Positions 33,981 through 41,693 of a stretch of 41,693 bases of DNA are shown one piece after another. The stretch comes from a virus, in IMG/VR virus record IMGVR_UViG_3300045988_117511, one strand, 5' to 3'. The notes below the pieces were generated by a model. That model did not search any database. It was given only the letters and a program-made list of their open reading frames with translations, and had not been told where the DNA came from. The stretch's first letter is position 1, and each line of letters starts with the position of its first letter. Both the position numbers and the translations under genes were made by a program.

Positions 33981-33990
33981 ATCTGCCTCC

Positions 33991-34203
33991 TTACTTCTTT
34001 CCTACAGCTTTCCGGACTGCAGCCGGCAGTGCTTCGTCTGCGACCTTTTCAATAAGCGGCATGCCCTGCTTATTCTCACATCCAGAAAGTTCTTTGAGCC
34101 TTTTTTCTGTGACGTTGATCCCGACGCGCGGGAAAGAATCTCCCACGCTGTACGGGTAATCTTCGTCGTGCAGATCGGTAAAGGCTTTGATTACCTTATA
34201 CAT
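33991..34203 (-). CDS. Hypothetical head-module protein (70 aa)
   Basis: ORF directly after the major capsid gene. Confidence 0.6.
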   Translation of the reverse strand: MYKVIKAFTDLHDEDYPYSVGDSFPRVGINVTEKRLKELSGCENKQGMPLIEKVADEALPAAVRKAVGKK

Positions 34204-34213
34204 ACCGATCCTC

Positions 34214-35410
34214 CTATGCAGACTTCGCTGTTACTGTTGCAGATCCAGCCTTAACGGCTCTGAACTCCGCATCACATTCAACGACGGTGATCTTCTTTCC
34301 GGTCTCTGCAGTGATATCCTTAGATCCGTCCCATGCAGTCCAGTTTTTCACATTCTGACCATATGTCACAGTAGTTTCAGTGTCAGCCACCTTGTACTTA
34401 TACGAATTGCCCTCAGCCTTTTCCGGGGAGATCGTCACCTTCGTATCACCGGTTGCTGTGCCTGCGACAGAGCTTACTGTCAGTGTTCCCAGCCTAGAAG
34501 CAGATTCCAGCTTTGCAAAGGCAGTATCCTTAACGATCATGAATGCCACATCCATCGTTACTCTGAGAGCCACCAGTTCCTGCTCGAACAGGTTTACCGG
34601 TGTACCGTCTTCATTGGTAAGTGTGGACAGCTGCGCTTCCTCGGAGATCTTGTAGCTCATGCCATACGGAATGCCGTAATACATGTAATCAAAGTCCCCT
34701 GCATACAGCGTGCCCTTTTCCAGAGATTTCAGATCTACTACCGGGTAGCCATCCAGCGTATTGTTTGCTCTGTCATACAGGGTCTCAACAACAACACCAT
34801 TTTCGATCTTCTGGACGTTGCGCAGCGTGCTTCTGTTCTTCTTTGTGGAGATGAACGCATTAACATCAAAGTCGCCGTCGGACAGGATATCTTCCAGGGC
34901 GAGGATGTTATCATACGTAAGCCCTGTGCTGATGGAGTTTCCGCTCTCCATGATAGACTCCTCCAGGGACTGTGGGAACGGATTGTCCTCATTCAGGATG
35001 ACTGCATCATCGAACTTCTTGTAAAACGCTTCTGCGATTTTCGGCTTCATCTTTTCGAAGAAGTCAGACACTTTGTAGCTCAGCAGCTCTCTGGAGCATG
35101 GAACGATAACGCCCAGCTTCTTAGCAACCATCTTTGCAGTAAGCCACTGCGGCTTGGAAGTTTTGATCTTTTCACCTTCACCTACCCAGTAAGCCCCCGG
35201 GCCCTTTGCAAAGTACTCGAACTTCTTTTCCTTAGAGTCCATTTCCTCATACTTGGCAAGCTGCATCACCTTGCTGCCTTCCATGACATCCTTCAGGATC
35301 AGCTCATTGTACTTATCCGGAATAGTCCCGTCTTTGTGCTCAAAGACCGTTACATTATCCGGATCCCACGTCTGTGCAAATAACTGCAGTTTCATTTCTT
35401 TGTTTCTCAT
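34214..35410 (-). CDS. Major capsid protein, HK97 fold (with L27-like LQLFA leader)
   Basis: 398 aa, positioned after the scaffold gene. The N-terminus is MRNKEMKLQLFAQ. Confidence 0.9.
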   Translation of the reverse strand: MRNKEMKLQLFAQTWDPDNVTVFEHKDGTIPDKYNELILKDVMEGSKVMQLAKYEEMDSKEKKFEYFAKGPGAYWVGEGEKIKTSKPQWLTAKMVAKKLGVIVPCSRELLSYKVSDFFEKMKPKIAEAFYKKFDDAVILNEDNPFPQSLEESIMESGNSISTGLTYDNILALEDILSDGDFDVNAFISTKKNRSTLRNVQKIENGVVVETLYDRANNTLDGYPVVDLKSLEKGTLYAGDFDYMYYGIPYGMSYKISEEAQLSTLTNEDGTPVNLFEQELVALRVTMDVAFMIVKDTAFAKLESASRLGTLTVSSVAGTATGDTKVTISPEKAEGNSYKYKVADTETTVTYGQNVKNWTAWDGSKDITAETGKKITVVECDAEFRAVKAGSATVTAKSA

Positions 35411-35419
35411 AAGTTCCTC

Positions 35420-36094
35420 CTATTTGATAATTCTTGCTTTTGCTGCCATTTCAGCGAGATTCGTCTTGCTTCCGCCGCTCGATCCCTGACCGCCGCCTTC
35501 CAGCGGGGAATCCTGCTGCGCCTTTTTCTTTACGATCTCATTGACAGCCTCATTAAATAACTTCGTGAATGCTTCAACATTAGCTTTCGTTTTAGTCGCA
35601 TCTTCTCCGATCAGGTTTGCCAGAAGCTCATCTGGGATATTGATCCCATCATCGGACAAAGTCTTCCTGGCTTCGGATGCCAGCCCTGCGACTTCTTTTT
35701 CTCGCTTTAACGACGCCAGCTCTTCCTCAAGCTTCTTTGTCTTATAAGCAGCCCTCTCTTCTTTTGTCATCTTGGCCAGCTTTTCTGCCTCAGACAGCTT
35801 GTCATCAGTCAGCGTCCGCCACTTTTCTTCCACGTTTGCAACTGCCGTCTGTACCGCCTTATCTACCCGACGATCGAATTCAGCCTGGTTGCCTTCCTGT
35901 TTCAGAAATTCCTCAAAGGACAGCGTCTCACCGCCAGTTCCACCTTTACCGTCACCTGATCCACCATTGCCGCCTTCGCTGCCGGTTCCACCGCCATTTC
36001 CGCCTTCGGACCCACCGCCGTTACCTTCGCCAAACAGCTGCAACAGTATTTTTCTTTTTCCTTCATTTGCTAAAACTTCCACCATATCTTTCAT
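35420..36094 (-). CDS. Scaffolding protein (with LQLFG leader and Gly-rich linker)
   Basis: Coiled-coil, acidic/lysine-rich protein upstream of the capsid gene. The N-terminus is ...KRKILLQLFGEGNGGG. Confidence 0.8.
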   Translation of the reverse strand: MKDMVEVLANEGKRKILLQLFGEGNGGGSEGGNGGGTGSEGGNGGSGDGKGGTGGETLSFEEFLKQEGNQAEFDRRVDKAVQTAVANVEEKWRTLTDDKLSEAEKLAKMTKEERAAYKTKKLEEELASLKREKEVAGLASEARKTLSDDGINIPDELLANLIGEDATKTKANVEAFTKLFNEAVNEIVKKKAQQDSPLEGGGQGSSGGSKTNLAEMAAKARIIK

Positions 36095-36447
36095 CCTTTC
36101 CGCCCCAGACCATTCACTTCCGCGCCCAGTCCATTGCTTTTATCCTTACTGATCCATATAAGCCGGACGAAATCCGGATACATTTGCTGGATCGCATTGA
36201 TACCAATAAAAAAAGAACGTATCAGAAGATCACATTCTTCCGAGACGCACTTTTCATCAAGTTTTAGAAAAGAATTTCCTTCTCCAAAACCATATTCGAT
36301 TATATCACCCGTAACATCTTCGATAGACCATACCAGAGTTTGAAACAGAGCGCTTACCCCAGCGCATACGATATCCCGTCCCGGCGGACCGAATCCTGCA
36401 TGCCCTTCTACTCTGATCCTGGTTTCATCAACTGTTATTTCAATCAA
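36091..36447 (-). CDS. prp: Prp-like (ribosomal-processing cysteine protease family, DUF464) protease
   Basis: TTG start after AGGAGG. VEGHAGFGPPGRDIVCAGVSALFQTL matches the His...Cys dyad context (GHA....G.DIVCA.VSA) of Prp. Confidence 0.75.
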   Translation of the reverse strand: MIEITVDETRIRVEGHAGFGPPGRDIVCAGVSALFQTLVWSIEDVTGDIIEYGFGEGNSFLKLDEKCVSEECDLLIRSFFIGINAIQQMYPDFVRLIWISKDKSNGLGAEVNGLGRKG

Positions 36448-36602
36448 TATATCAACCTCCTAGTTTTAACTTGCTGATTTGAGTTAATCTACACAAAATT
36501 CCACTGATCAATCATCGATTTTCCATTGTGACTCCCAGTAAAATCAACGATTACAGAGTTAATCGGTAGTTGATAGATTAACTTGCCTGTAACTTGCTGC
36601 AT

Positions 36603-36632
36603 AAAAAGACCCGGGGCCCGAAGGACACCCGA
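36603..36632 (-). terminator. Probable terminator after the YjcQ-like gene
   Basis: Minus strand forms a GC-rich imperfect hairpin with a TTCG loop (CGGGTGTCC-TTCG-GGCCCCG), followed by GTCTTTTT. Confidence 0.4.
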
Positions 36633-36644
36633 GTATGTTCGCTG

Positions 36645-36977
36645 TTATATTCCTGGAATAATATCTTTCACATCTTTCAGCAACTCATGAACTTTTTTCA
36701 TCATCGAATTGCTCTGCAGATATTCAACGCCTTCCAGTGTTATAGACATATCCTCTAACGGAGTGAATATCCTGCCCGACTTCGTCTCACGATATGAAAC
36801 TCCCCGGACATAGCCTCTATCAATAAGTTCAGTAACTATATCTGCCAGATAGCCTGGCGGAATTTGAAATCTTTCCGAGCTTATAACATCAGGATCGATT
36901 CGTTTTCCTGCCTTCTGGGCTTCGTATAATTCTTTCAAAATAACATAAATGATTCTAAAAATATCATCCTTTGCCAT
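36645..36977 (-). CDS. YjcQ-like winged-helix protein (moron inside the head operon)
   Basis: IFRIIYVILKELYEA...YLADIVTELIDRGYVRGV resembles the YjcQ family from memory. The RBS is AGGAGGAG. It is flanked by terminators. Confidence 0.6.
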   Translation of the reverse strand: MAKDDIFRIIYVILKELYEAQKAGKRIDPDVISSERFQIPPGYLADIVTELIDRGYVRGVSYRETKSGRIFTPLEDMSITLEGVEYLQSNSMMKKVHELLKDVKDIIPGI

Positions 36978-37056
36978 GCTTCTCCTCCTGCTTTCTTCAA
37001 CTTCATTAGAAAATAGTATAAAATATTTAAGAGGTTCTGCTATTGCAGGGTTCCTT

Positions 37057-37111
37057 AAAAAATGAGACGCTCCTCCGCCCTTTTGGTGGGGGGGTCAACG
37101 TCTCATTTTTT
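37057..37111. terminator. Bidirectional rho-independent terminator
   Basis: AAAAAATGAGACG...CGTCTCATTTTTT, with a GC-rich inner stem and A/T runs on both sides. Confidence 0.75.
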
Positions 37112-37130
37112 ATACCTGTAAATTCTTTAT

Positions 37131-37313
37131 TTATTCTACTGTCACATTTGGCGTAAACCTAACTTCGTCATTGCATTTATCACACAAAAACGAATGTGCG
37201 GTCTTGTAATCTGCCCCTGCTGGTTTATAAATCCCCTTGCCACATTTCAGACATGTTACCTTTGTACCTTCTCTTAATTCCATGGATATATCTCTATCAA
37301 TACGGCTTCCCAT
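37131..37313 (-). CDS. Small zinc-ribbon protein (60 aa), candidate partner or immunity protein of the MuF C-terminal domain
   Basis: AAGGAGG lies 8 nt upstream of the ATG at 37313. Two CxxC pairs are present (CLKCG...CDKCN). It overlaps the MuF stop by 17 nt. Confidence 0.65.
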   Translation of the reverse strand: MGSRIDRDISMELREGTKVTCLKCGKGIYKPAGADYKTAHSFLCDKCNDEVRFTPNVTVE

Positions 37314-38769
37314 TGAAATAGCCTCCTTTTTTCCATTTAAAATCACCATAGGCATCCTTTACAACACTTATAACATATCGCATATCTTTAATGGTCAGTG
37401 AATCAATGTTTCGCATCTGTCTGAGTTCATTCATGTAGCACAATACTTCTGCTCTCTGACATCCACCTGTGTCGTAATAATGGTGAGTCAATTCATGCAC
37501 GACAGCAGCTGCTGCATAACGCTCATTTGCATTGTTCAAAACATGCAGCTTCATGAAATCGCCTTGACTGTATGCTCGATCTCCGCTGGGTTCTGGACGA
37601 TAACTCAGCTCAAAGTGCAATCCCTTCTCCTCCATATACTGAATCGCCCTCTTCCCAATCCTAGTCTTGTTTAACTCGTCGAAGATGCCCTCCGCTCGTA
37701 TATCGCTATTGGCCGGAAGACTCGAATATGTAAATACTGTGTTTGCTTTCGCTTTATTTATTATACCACGCTTTTTTGTCCTTGCGTCATTTTTATTTTC
37801 CTGCCATTCCTTAAAGCTCATCCCGTGCTCACTATAACCATCCAACCACTTCTCGTAAGCATTCAGATCCATATGCGCCGTAGTGGAGCATCGGCAACAT
37901 GGGTGCATCGGCGGGGAGTTCGTCCCCGTTTCCTCTTCATCCACTTTGAAAATCTTGCCGTCTAACGCCTTACAGGTCGCACAGACCTTGAAATCTCGTG
38001 CCGTCAGGTATTCGTATTCGGCGAATCCGTTATCTTTGTAGGATTGCATCTGTGCAGCGGTCTGAACCCTCGCCAGCTCCGTCCATAACAGCCGCAGCGA
38101 ATTGAAAATAGACGCCTGAAACGTCTTGCGCAGTTCTCTGGCCAATGCACGTGGGTTTTTCCCTTGAACCATTCCCCTCGTCAGCAGCTTTCCCAGCTCA
38201 TTCCTAAGAAGATCCTGATGCATCCAGATCCGCTCGGAATACTTTGCATTATGAAACGATGCATTGACAATAGTCGCCGCCATCACTGCCGCATTGTCAG
38301 GAACAGACGATCCCAGGATTCCGGCCTGCCGTTCAAACTCATCCAGCGTCCGATCCGTCAGGATCTGTTCATAAAACTGCTGTAGCTCATCAAAAGCACT
38401 GACAAGTTCAAGTCCGATGCTCGCCTTTAAAAGCTCTAACCGGTTGACCTTCATAGTGAGATTGTACAGCTTCATTTCTTCGTTGGCTTGTTTGGAGAAG
38501 TTCTTTTCCTTGACGTACTTTTTCGCCTTCCGGGAGTATTCCTCCATATCAAGCTTGGATGCCCGCTTCTTAGCCTGGGCAATAGTTATACCCTCGTCCT
38601 TGGCGTATTTTGCATAGAACGAATCTATTTCCTTCTGGATCTGATCCATAGCAAAATTATACGTCTGTTGGATCTCTTTCGCATACTCCGCTTCAGACTT
38701 GAGGTTCTTTCGCAAATTTTCCTGTTCCCGCTTTTTCCAGTATTCACTATTCGTTGCCATCGCCGTCAC
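37297..38769 (-). CDS. MuF / SPP1 gp7-family head morphogenesis protein with a C-terminal HExxH domain
   Basis: It follows the portal gene. The N-terminal 300 aa or so are MuF-like (CATCKALDGKIF...PPMHPCCRCS). The C-terminal 160 aa or so contain VVHELTHHYYD. The start is either the GTG at 38769 or the ATG at 38760. Confidence 0.8.
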   Translation of the reverse strand: MTAMATNSEYWKKREQENLRKNLKSEAEYAKEIQQTYNFAMDQIQKEIDSFYAKYAKDEGITIAQAKKRASKLDMEEYSRKAKKYVKEKNFSKQANEEMKLYNLTMKVNRLELLKASIGLELVSAFDELQQFYEQILTDRTLDEFERQAGILGSSVPDNAAVMAATIVNASFHNAKYSERIWMHQDLLRNELGKLLTRGMVQGKNPRALARELRKTFQASIFNSLRLLWTELARVQTAAQMQSYKDNGFAEYEYLTARDFKVCATCKALDGKIFKVDEEETGTNSPPMHPCCRCSTTAHMDLNAYEKWLDGYSEHGMSFKEWQENKNDARTKKRGIINKAKANTVFTYSSLPANSDIRAEGIFDELNKTRIGKRAIQYMEEKGLHFELSYRPEPSGDRAYSQGDFMKLHVLNNANERYAAAAVVHELTHHYYDTGGCQRAEVLCYMNELRQMRNIDSLTIKDMRYVISVVKDAYGDFKWKKGGYFNGKPY

Positions 38770-40231
38770 CGCCGAACATGTCCCTCATCACAGGATCCTT
38801 TTTCTGTTCCTCTGCTTCCTCCTGCAGCCGTTCCTGCTCAGTCTTGATATTCTCAACAAACGACGCCAGCTCCAGGAGCGTTTCCTGGCTGAACTCGGCT
38901 CCAGCATCCACCAGAGCTTTCAGTTCCTCCAGCACTGCCTTTGGTAGATTCGGGGTAAAGGTTACCGTGAAATTCCCCAAATCGTCGTTACTGGCTTCGT
39001 TGACAAATTTTTTGATATTCAGCAGCAGCCGGTACCGTCTCACAAGGCCCTTCTTGAATCCCCTCTGGCTGTCCTTTGCAGTCTGCTGGAATCCGAACAG
39101 CTTATATTTCATAGCTTCTCCGGACTGATTCCCGGAAAAGGACTCATCGGTCAGGTCTGGCACAAAGGAGATCTTGTGAATATCGCCTTGCAGCCGCTCC
39201 TTGTAGGCTTCCGTTCCGCTGACGTCATACTGCTTGTAGATGTACTTGGCGTCAGTCTGCGACTTGCTGCCGTCAGGATTGACACCGTTGGCAAGCAGTA
39301 GCAGGTTTGCCTTCTTCATTTCGACAACTTCTTTTACCGTGTACTTTGACAGATCCAGATCACCAGAAACGACCAGCGTAGCCTCATTCAGATCTGTCAT
39401 GTAGTTCGAGGTATCGGATTGTGCAGCATCATAAAGATCGATCAGAGGAATCACATCCTCGAATCCGCTCTGCCGGTATCGATCCGGGGAGTACTCCGTG
39501 ATCGGAACTTCTCCCCAGTAATGCCGCTCTCTTTTCTCCTCTACCAGCTTCAGCGCTGCCATAGTGGTCGGCCGATATGTGATGATTTCCTTGTCCGTGT
39601 AAACACTGACCGTCACTTCCTCCCGGATGCCGATCCGATATCTTGGATATCGCACTGCAAAGAGCGGGGTTCGCTCTACGTCCAGACCATAGCAAACAAA
39701 CGTCTCGAAGGCGTTACTGATCACCGATCGATCTTCGTCGGCTCTGTTTCTATACTGCAGCTCATATGCCCTGCCGTACTTTTTGAAGTCCCGCCAAAGT
39801 TCCGAATCCAGAGATTCTACGTCATTGAGTTTGTCATACTCGGTGACCATCTCGTTGATTTTCTCATTATCACTGGATTTCTTGATCGGGATTCCGGTGT
39901 TATAACCTACATCAAACACATTGATGATCTTTGCAAAATTGTGGGCTGCACGGTGATCTGCCTTACCTTCTTCGACCCGCCGGTTCTCATCGTTATAGAT
40001 CCCGGTGTTTCTCGCCTTCATGTAATCATCCAAAGCGGCAAGCCGCGGGCACTGTTTTTCATAGTGATCCTGGATCATCTCCTGCAGCTTCTTCACATCT
40101 GACAGGATCTCATCTGCCGTGTGAGCCCGGTACGAAAAGTTTGCTTCTGGTCCGTAGAGCTGCTGAAAGCTCTTAGACACGTTATATGGGCGGCGATCTT
40201 CGCCATGTTCAAATTCATTTACTTTATCCAT
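38747..40231 (-). CDS. Portal protein (SPP1 gp6-like)
   Basis: 494 aa, positioned directly after terL, with an acidic C-terminus. Confidence 0.88.
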   Translation of the reverse strand: MDKVNEFEHGEDRRPYNVSKSFQQLYGPEANFSYRAHTADEILSDVKKLQEMIQDHYEKQCPRLAALDDYMKARNTGIYNDENRRVEEGKADHRAAHNFAKIINVFDVGYNTGIPIKKSSDNEKINEMVTEYDKLNDVESLDSELWRDFKKYGRAYELQYRNRADEDRSVISNAFETFVCYGLDVERTPLFAVRYPRYRIGIREEVTVSVYTDKEIITYRPTTMAALKLVEEKRERHYWGEVPITEYSPDRYRQSGFEDVIPLIDLYDAAQSDTSNYMTDLNEATLVVSGDLDLSKYTVKEVVEMKKANLLLLANGVNPDGSKSQTDAKYIYKQYDVSGTEAYKERLQGDIHKISFVPDLTDESFSGNQSGEAMKYKLFGFQQTAKDSQRGFKKGLVRRYRLLLNIKKFVNEASNDDLGNFTVTFTPNLPKAVLEELKALVDAGAEFSQETLLELASFVENIKTEQERLQEEAEEQKKDPVMRDMFGGDGDGNE

Positions 40232-40232
40232 A

Positions 40233-41480
40233 CTAAATCATTCCTTTCAGTTTCTTCGCTTGATCCATCTGCTTGTCCGGCTCTGGATTGGTGCTGACAG
40301 TCATATCTGAGTAGATCCCGTACCGGATCGCACACAGCACGTCATCCATTTCCTTTAGTGGCTCGGCCGAGTTCTTCTTCCAGATGTACTTGAAGATCTC
40401 TTCCCGAAACCTCGGACATTCATCATACACGATCTGAAACAGATCATTCTGCATCAGCGTGGCTACAGCCTCGATCCCGGAAAGCACTCTGTTGTTTCCG
40501 AAATAAGCCTGGATGCCAGCCTTTTGAAAAGCTGCAATGTGCTCTGGTCTTGCCGGGTCACAATAAAAAGGGATATTGCCGTATCTGGTAATCATCCCCT
40601 TTGCAGCTTCTATCCATCCATTTATGTATCTATGCTTTGTTGCATCCTCCTCGATCACGCAATAGCTTCTCCCTTTTACGCCAATCACAACAATTGCTCC
40701 GTAGTGCTCCCATCCCCAGTCAACACCGGCGATGATCCGATCGAAGTTGATCTGCCGTGCCTGATCAGCGGTGATGGAGTGCTTCTGCCGATCAAACTGC
40801 GGATAAACGACCCCGTCTCCGGAAACCCACAGGCCTTTAACGCCCCGATCGTAAAACATTCCCTTCGGGGTCGTCGCTTTGATCTCACGGACATACCTTT
40901 CATCCAGGAATGTGTTATCATCCAGGGAAAAGTGATTGCTCAAGATCCCGGATGCTCCCGACTTGATATAGTCTTTCAGCAGCCAGTGCTCCGGATGATC
41001 CGGGTTGGTATCTGCGATGATCCTTGCGCCCTTGCCGCTGCATCTTGCCTTGATCTCATCGAAGACTTCCTGATTGGCAAGCGACGCCTCGTTGATGTAT
41101 GCTCCGAATGCTGTCATACCTCTGATCCGGCCAAGACCTGATATGGATCCGTGTGAGGTCTGGATCACCTTCACGCCGAACAGGTTGAAGTTATTGTATT
41201 TATCAAACTTGAACTCAAAACCGTACTTATTGGACAGCTCCGTCAAGATATTATCCTGAATATTTCCCAGCGAATACCCTGCAAGGATATACTGCGGCGT
41301 ATCGATCCCCAGCTGATCTGCCGTCTGGCGAACCTTCTGAAGCTCTGCCAGGAACAGATCGTTATCAAGCTGCGTCTTTCCGGAACGCTTGGCGCCGTGG
41401 TTTATAAGCATGAACCAGTCAGAATTTCGACAGGCTTTGAGGATCTCTATCTGCTTCGGTGTGTAAATCTTACTCAGCAT
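40233..41480 (-). CDS. terL: Terminase large subunit
   Basis: Walker A motif NHGAKRSGKT, a C-terminal nuclease-type region, and a position between terS and the portal gene. Confidence 0.92.
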   Translation of the reverse strand: MLSKIYTPKQIEILKACRNSDWFMLINHGAKRSGKTQLDNDLFLAELQKVRQTADQLGIDTPQYILAGYSLGNIQDNILTELSNKYGFEFKFDKYNNFNLFGVKVIQTSHGSISGLGRIRGMTAFGAYINEASLANQEVFDEIKARCSGKGARIIADTNPDHPEHWLLKDYIKSGASGILSNHFSLDDNTFLDERYVREIKATTPKGMFYDRGVKGLWVSGDGVVYPQFDRQKHSITADQARQINFDRIIAGVDWGWEHYGAIVVIGVKGRSYCVIEEDATKHRYINGWIEAAKGMITRYGNIPFYCDPARPEHIAAFQKAGIQAYFGNNRVLSGIEAVATLMQNDLFQIVYDECPRFREEIFKYIWKKNSAEPLKEMDDVLCAIRYGIYSDMTVSTNPEPDKQMDQAKKLKGMI

Positions 41481-41693
41481 CGAGCTCAGCCCCTATCGCA
41501 TCAAAGAGCTTGGCGACCTTATCCTCCGTGGATGCCTGTTCACCGCCCTTGATTCTTTCTGTATCTGCCTTGATCCTCTCGATCCGGGCACGCTGCTCTT
41601 CTGTCGCCAGCTCCCAGTTCTTATGCAGCAGATCGTCGTACTTGTTGATCATACTCTCCAGCGTCTTCTGCGCCCTTGCCTGTGCCTGCAGGA
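41470..41693 (-). CDS. terS: Terminase small subunit, C-terminal part (continues from 1-558 through the overlap)
   Basis: Same reading frame as 1-558 once the 119-nt overlap is collapsed. The stop codon overlaps the terL start by 11 nt. The joined gene is 663 nt, about 220 aa. Confidence 0.85.
   Translation of the reverse strand, partial: LQAQARAQKTLESMINKYDDLLHKNWELATEEQRARIERIKADTERIKGGEQASTEDKVAKLFDAIGAELDAE
41575..41693. repeat. Terminal overlap, copy 2 (identical to 1-119)
   Basis: Base-by-base comparison of both ends shows 119/119 identity. Confidence 0.97.

Larger units (their letters stand above)
1..41693. mobile_element. Complete temperate tailed-phage genome (siphovirus-like, HK97-type head module), circularly closed contig
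   Basis: The window holds a full set of lysogeny, replication, packaging, head, tail and lysis modules. There are no host flanks. The identical 119-nt ends join inside terS. Confidence 0.9.

Noticed and set aside
34187-35383. 398-aa plus-strand ORF
   Set aside because: It is an exact antisense shadow of the major capsid gene. The translation is Cys/Arg/Leu-rich and not protein-like.
1-41693. Reverse transcriptase-based elements (DGR, retron), CRISPR-Cas, anti-CRISPR-Aca operons and rRNA genes
   Set aside because: No RT-like motif (YxDD context), no regular repeat-spacer array and no rRNA-like sequence was seen on either strand. Small early ORFs could include anti-defence genes, but nothing in their sequences supports a specific call.

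Overview
The window is a complete temperate siphovirus-type phage genome with an HK97-fold capsid. The host is Gram-positive, probably Bacillota and Clostridia-like. The first 119 nt (1-119) are identical to the last 119 nt (41575-41693), and this overlap restores the reading frame of the small terminase gene. The sequence is therefore a circularly closed or permuted contig with about 41,574 bp of unique sequence, not an integrated prophage with host flanks.

Almost all backbone genes are on the minus strand. Read in the minus direction the order is:
- Cro-like switch (14410)
- small early genes
- recombination and replication module: SMC-like ATPase, Sak4-like ATPase, DUF669, SF2 helicase, primase-helicase, iteron-rich putative ori, RusA
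- sigma-like late regulator
- an Arc/antirepressor module
- terS (spans the junction), terL, portal, MuF
- Prp-like protease, scaffold, major capsid, neck proteins, major tail protein
- G/T chaperones, tape measure, Dit, Tal, fibre genes
- holin, M23/SH3 endolysin
- attP

A plus-strand lysogeny operon (14592-18555) carries a CI-like repressor, a type III toxin-antitoxin-like locus, an ImmA-like protein, a two-gene orphan operon and the integrase. The attP next to it contains the 3' end of a tRNA-Pro-like gene.

Four AT-rich islands look like acquired cargo: about 560-3600, 13200-17300, 20200-21900 and 36450-37800. The most interesting candidates are:
1. The orphan plus DUF1828/DUF1829-like gene pair at 16012-17274, which sits in the superinfection-exclusion slot.
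2. A promoter, tandem RNA repeat, terminator and ToxN/CptN-like toxin locus at 14946-15547.
3. An antisense zinc-ribbon/DUF4145 gene at 13304-13978.
4. A MuF protein with a C-terminal HExxH domain followed by a small zinc-ribbon gene.
5. A phage-encoded Prp-like protease, with L27-like LQLF(A/G) leaders on the scaffold, capsid and major tail proteins.

All family assignments come from reading the translations and from memory. No database search was run.
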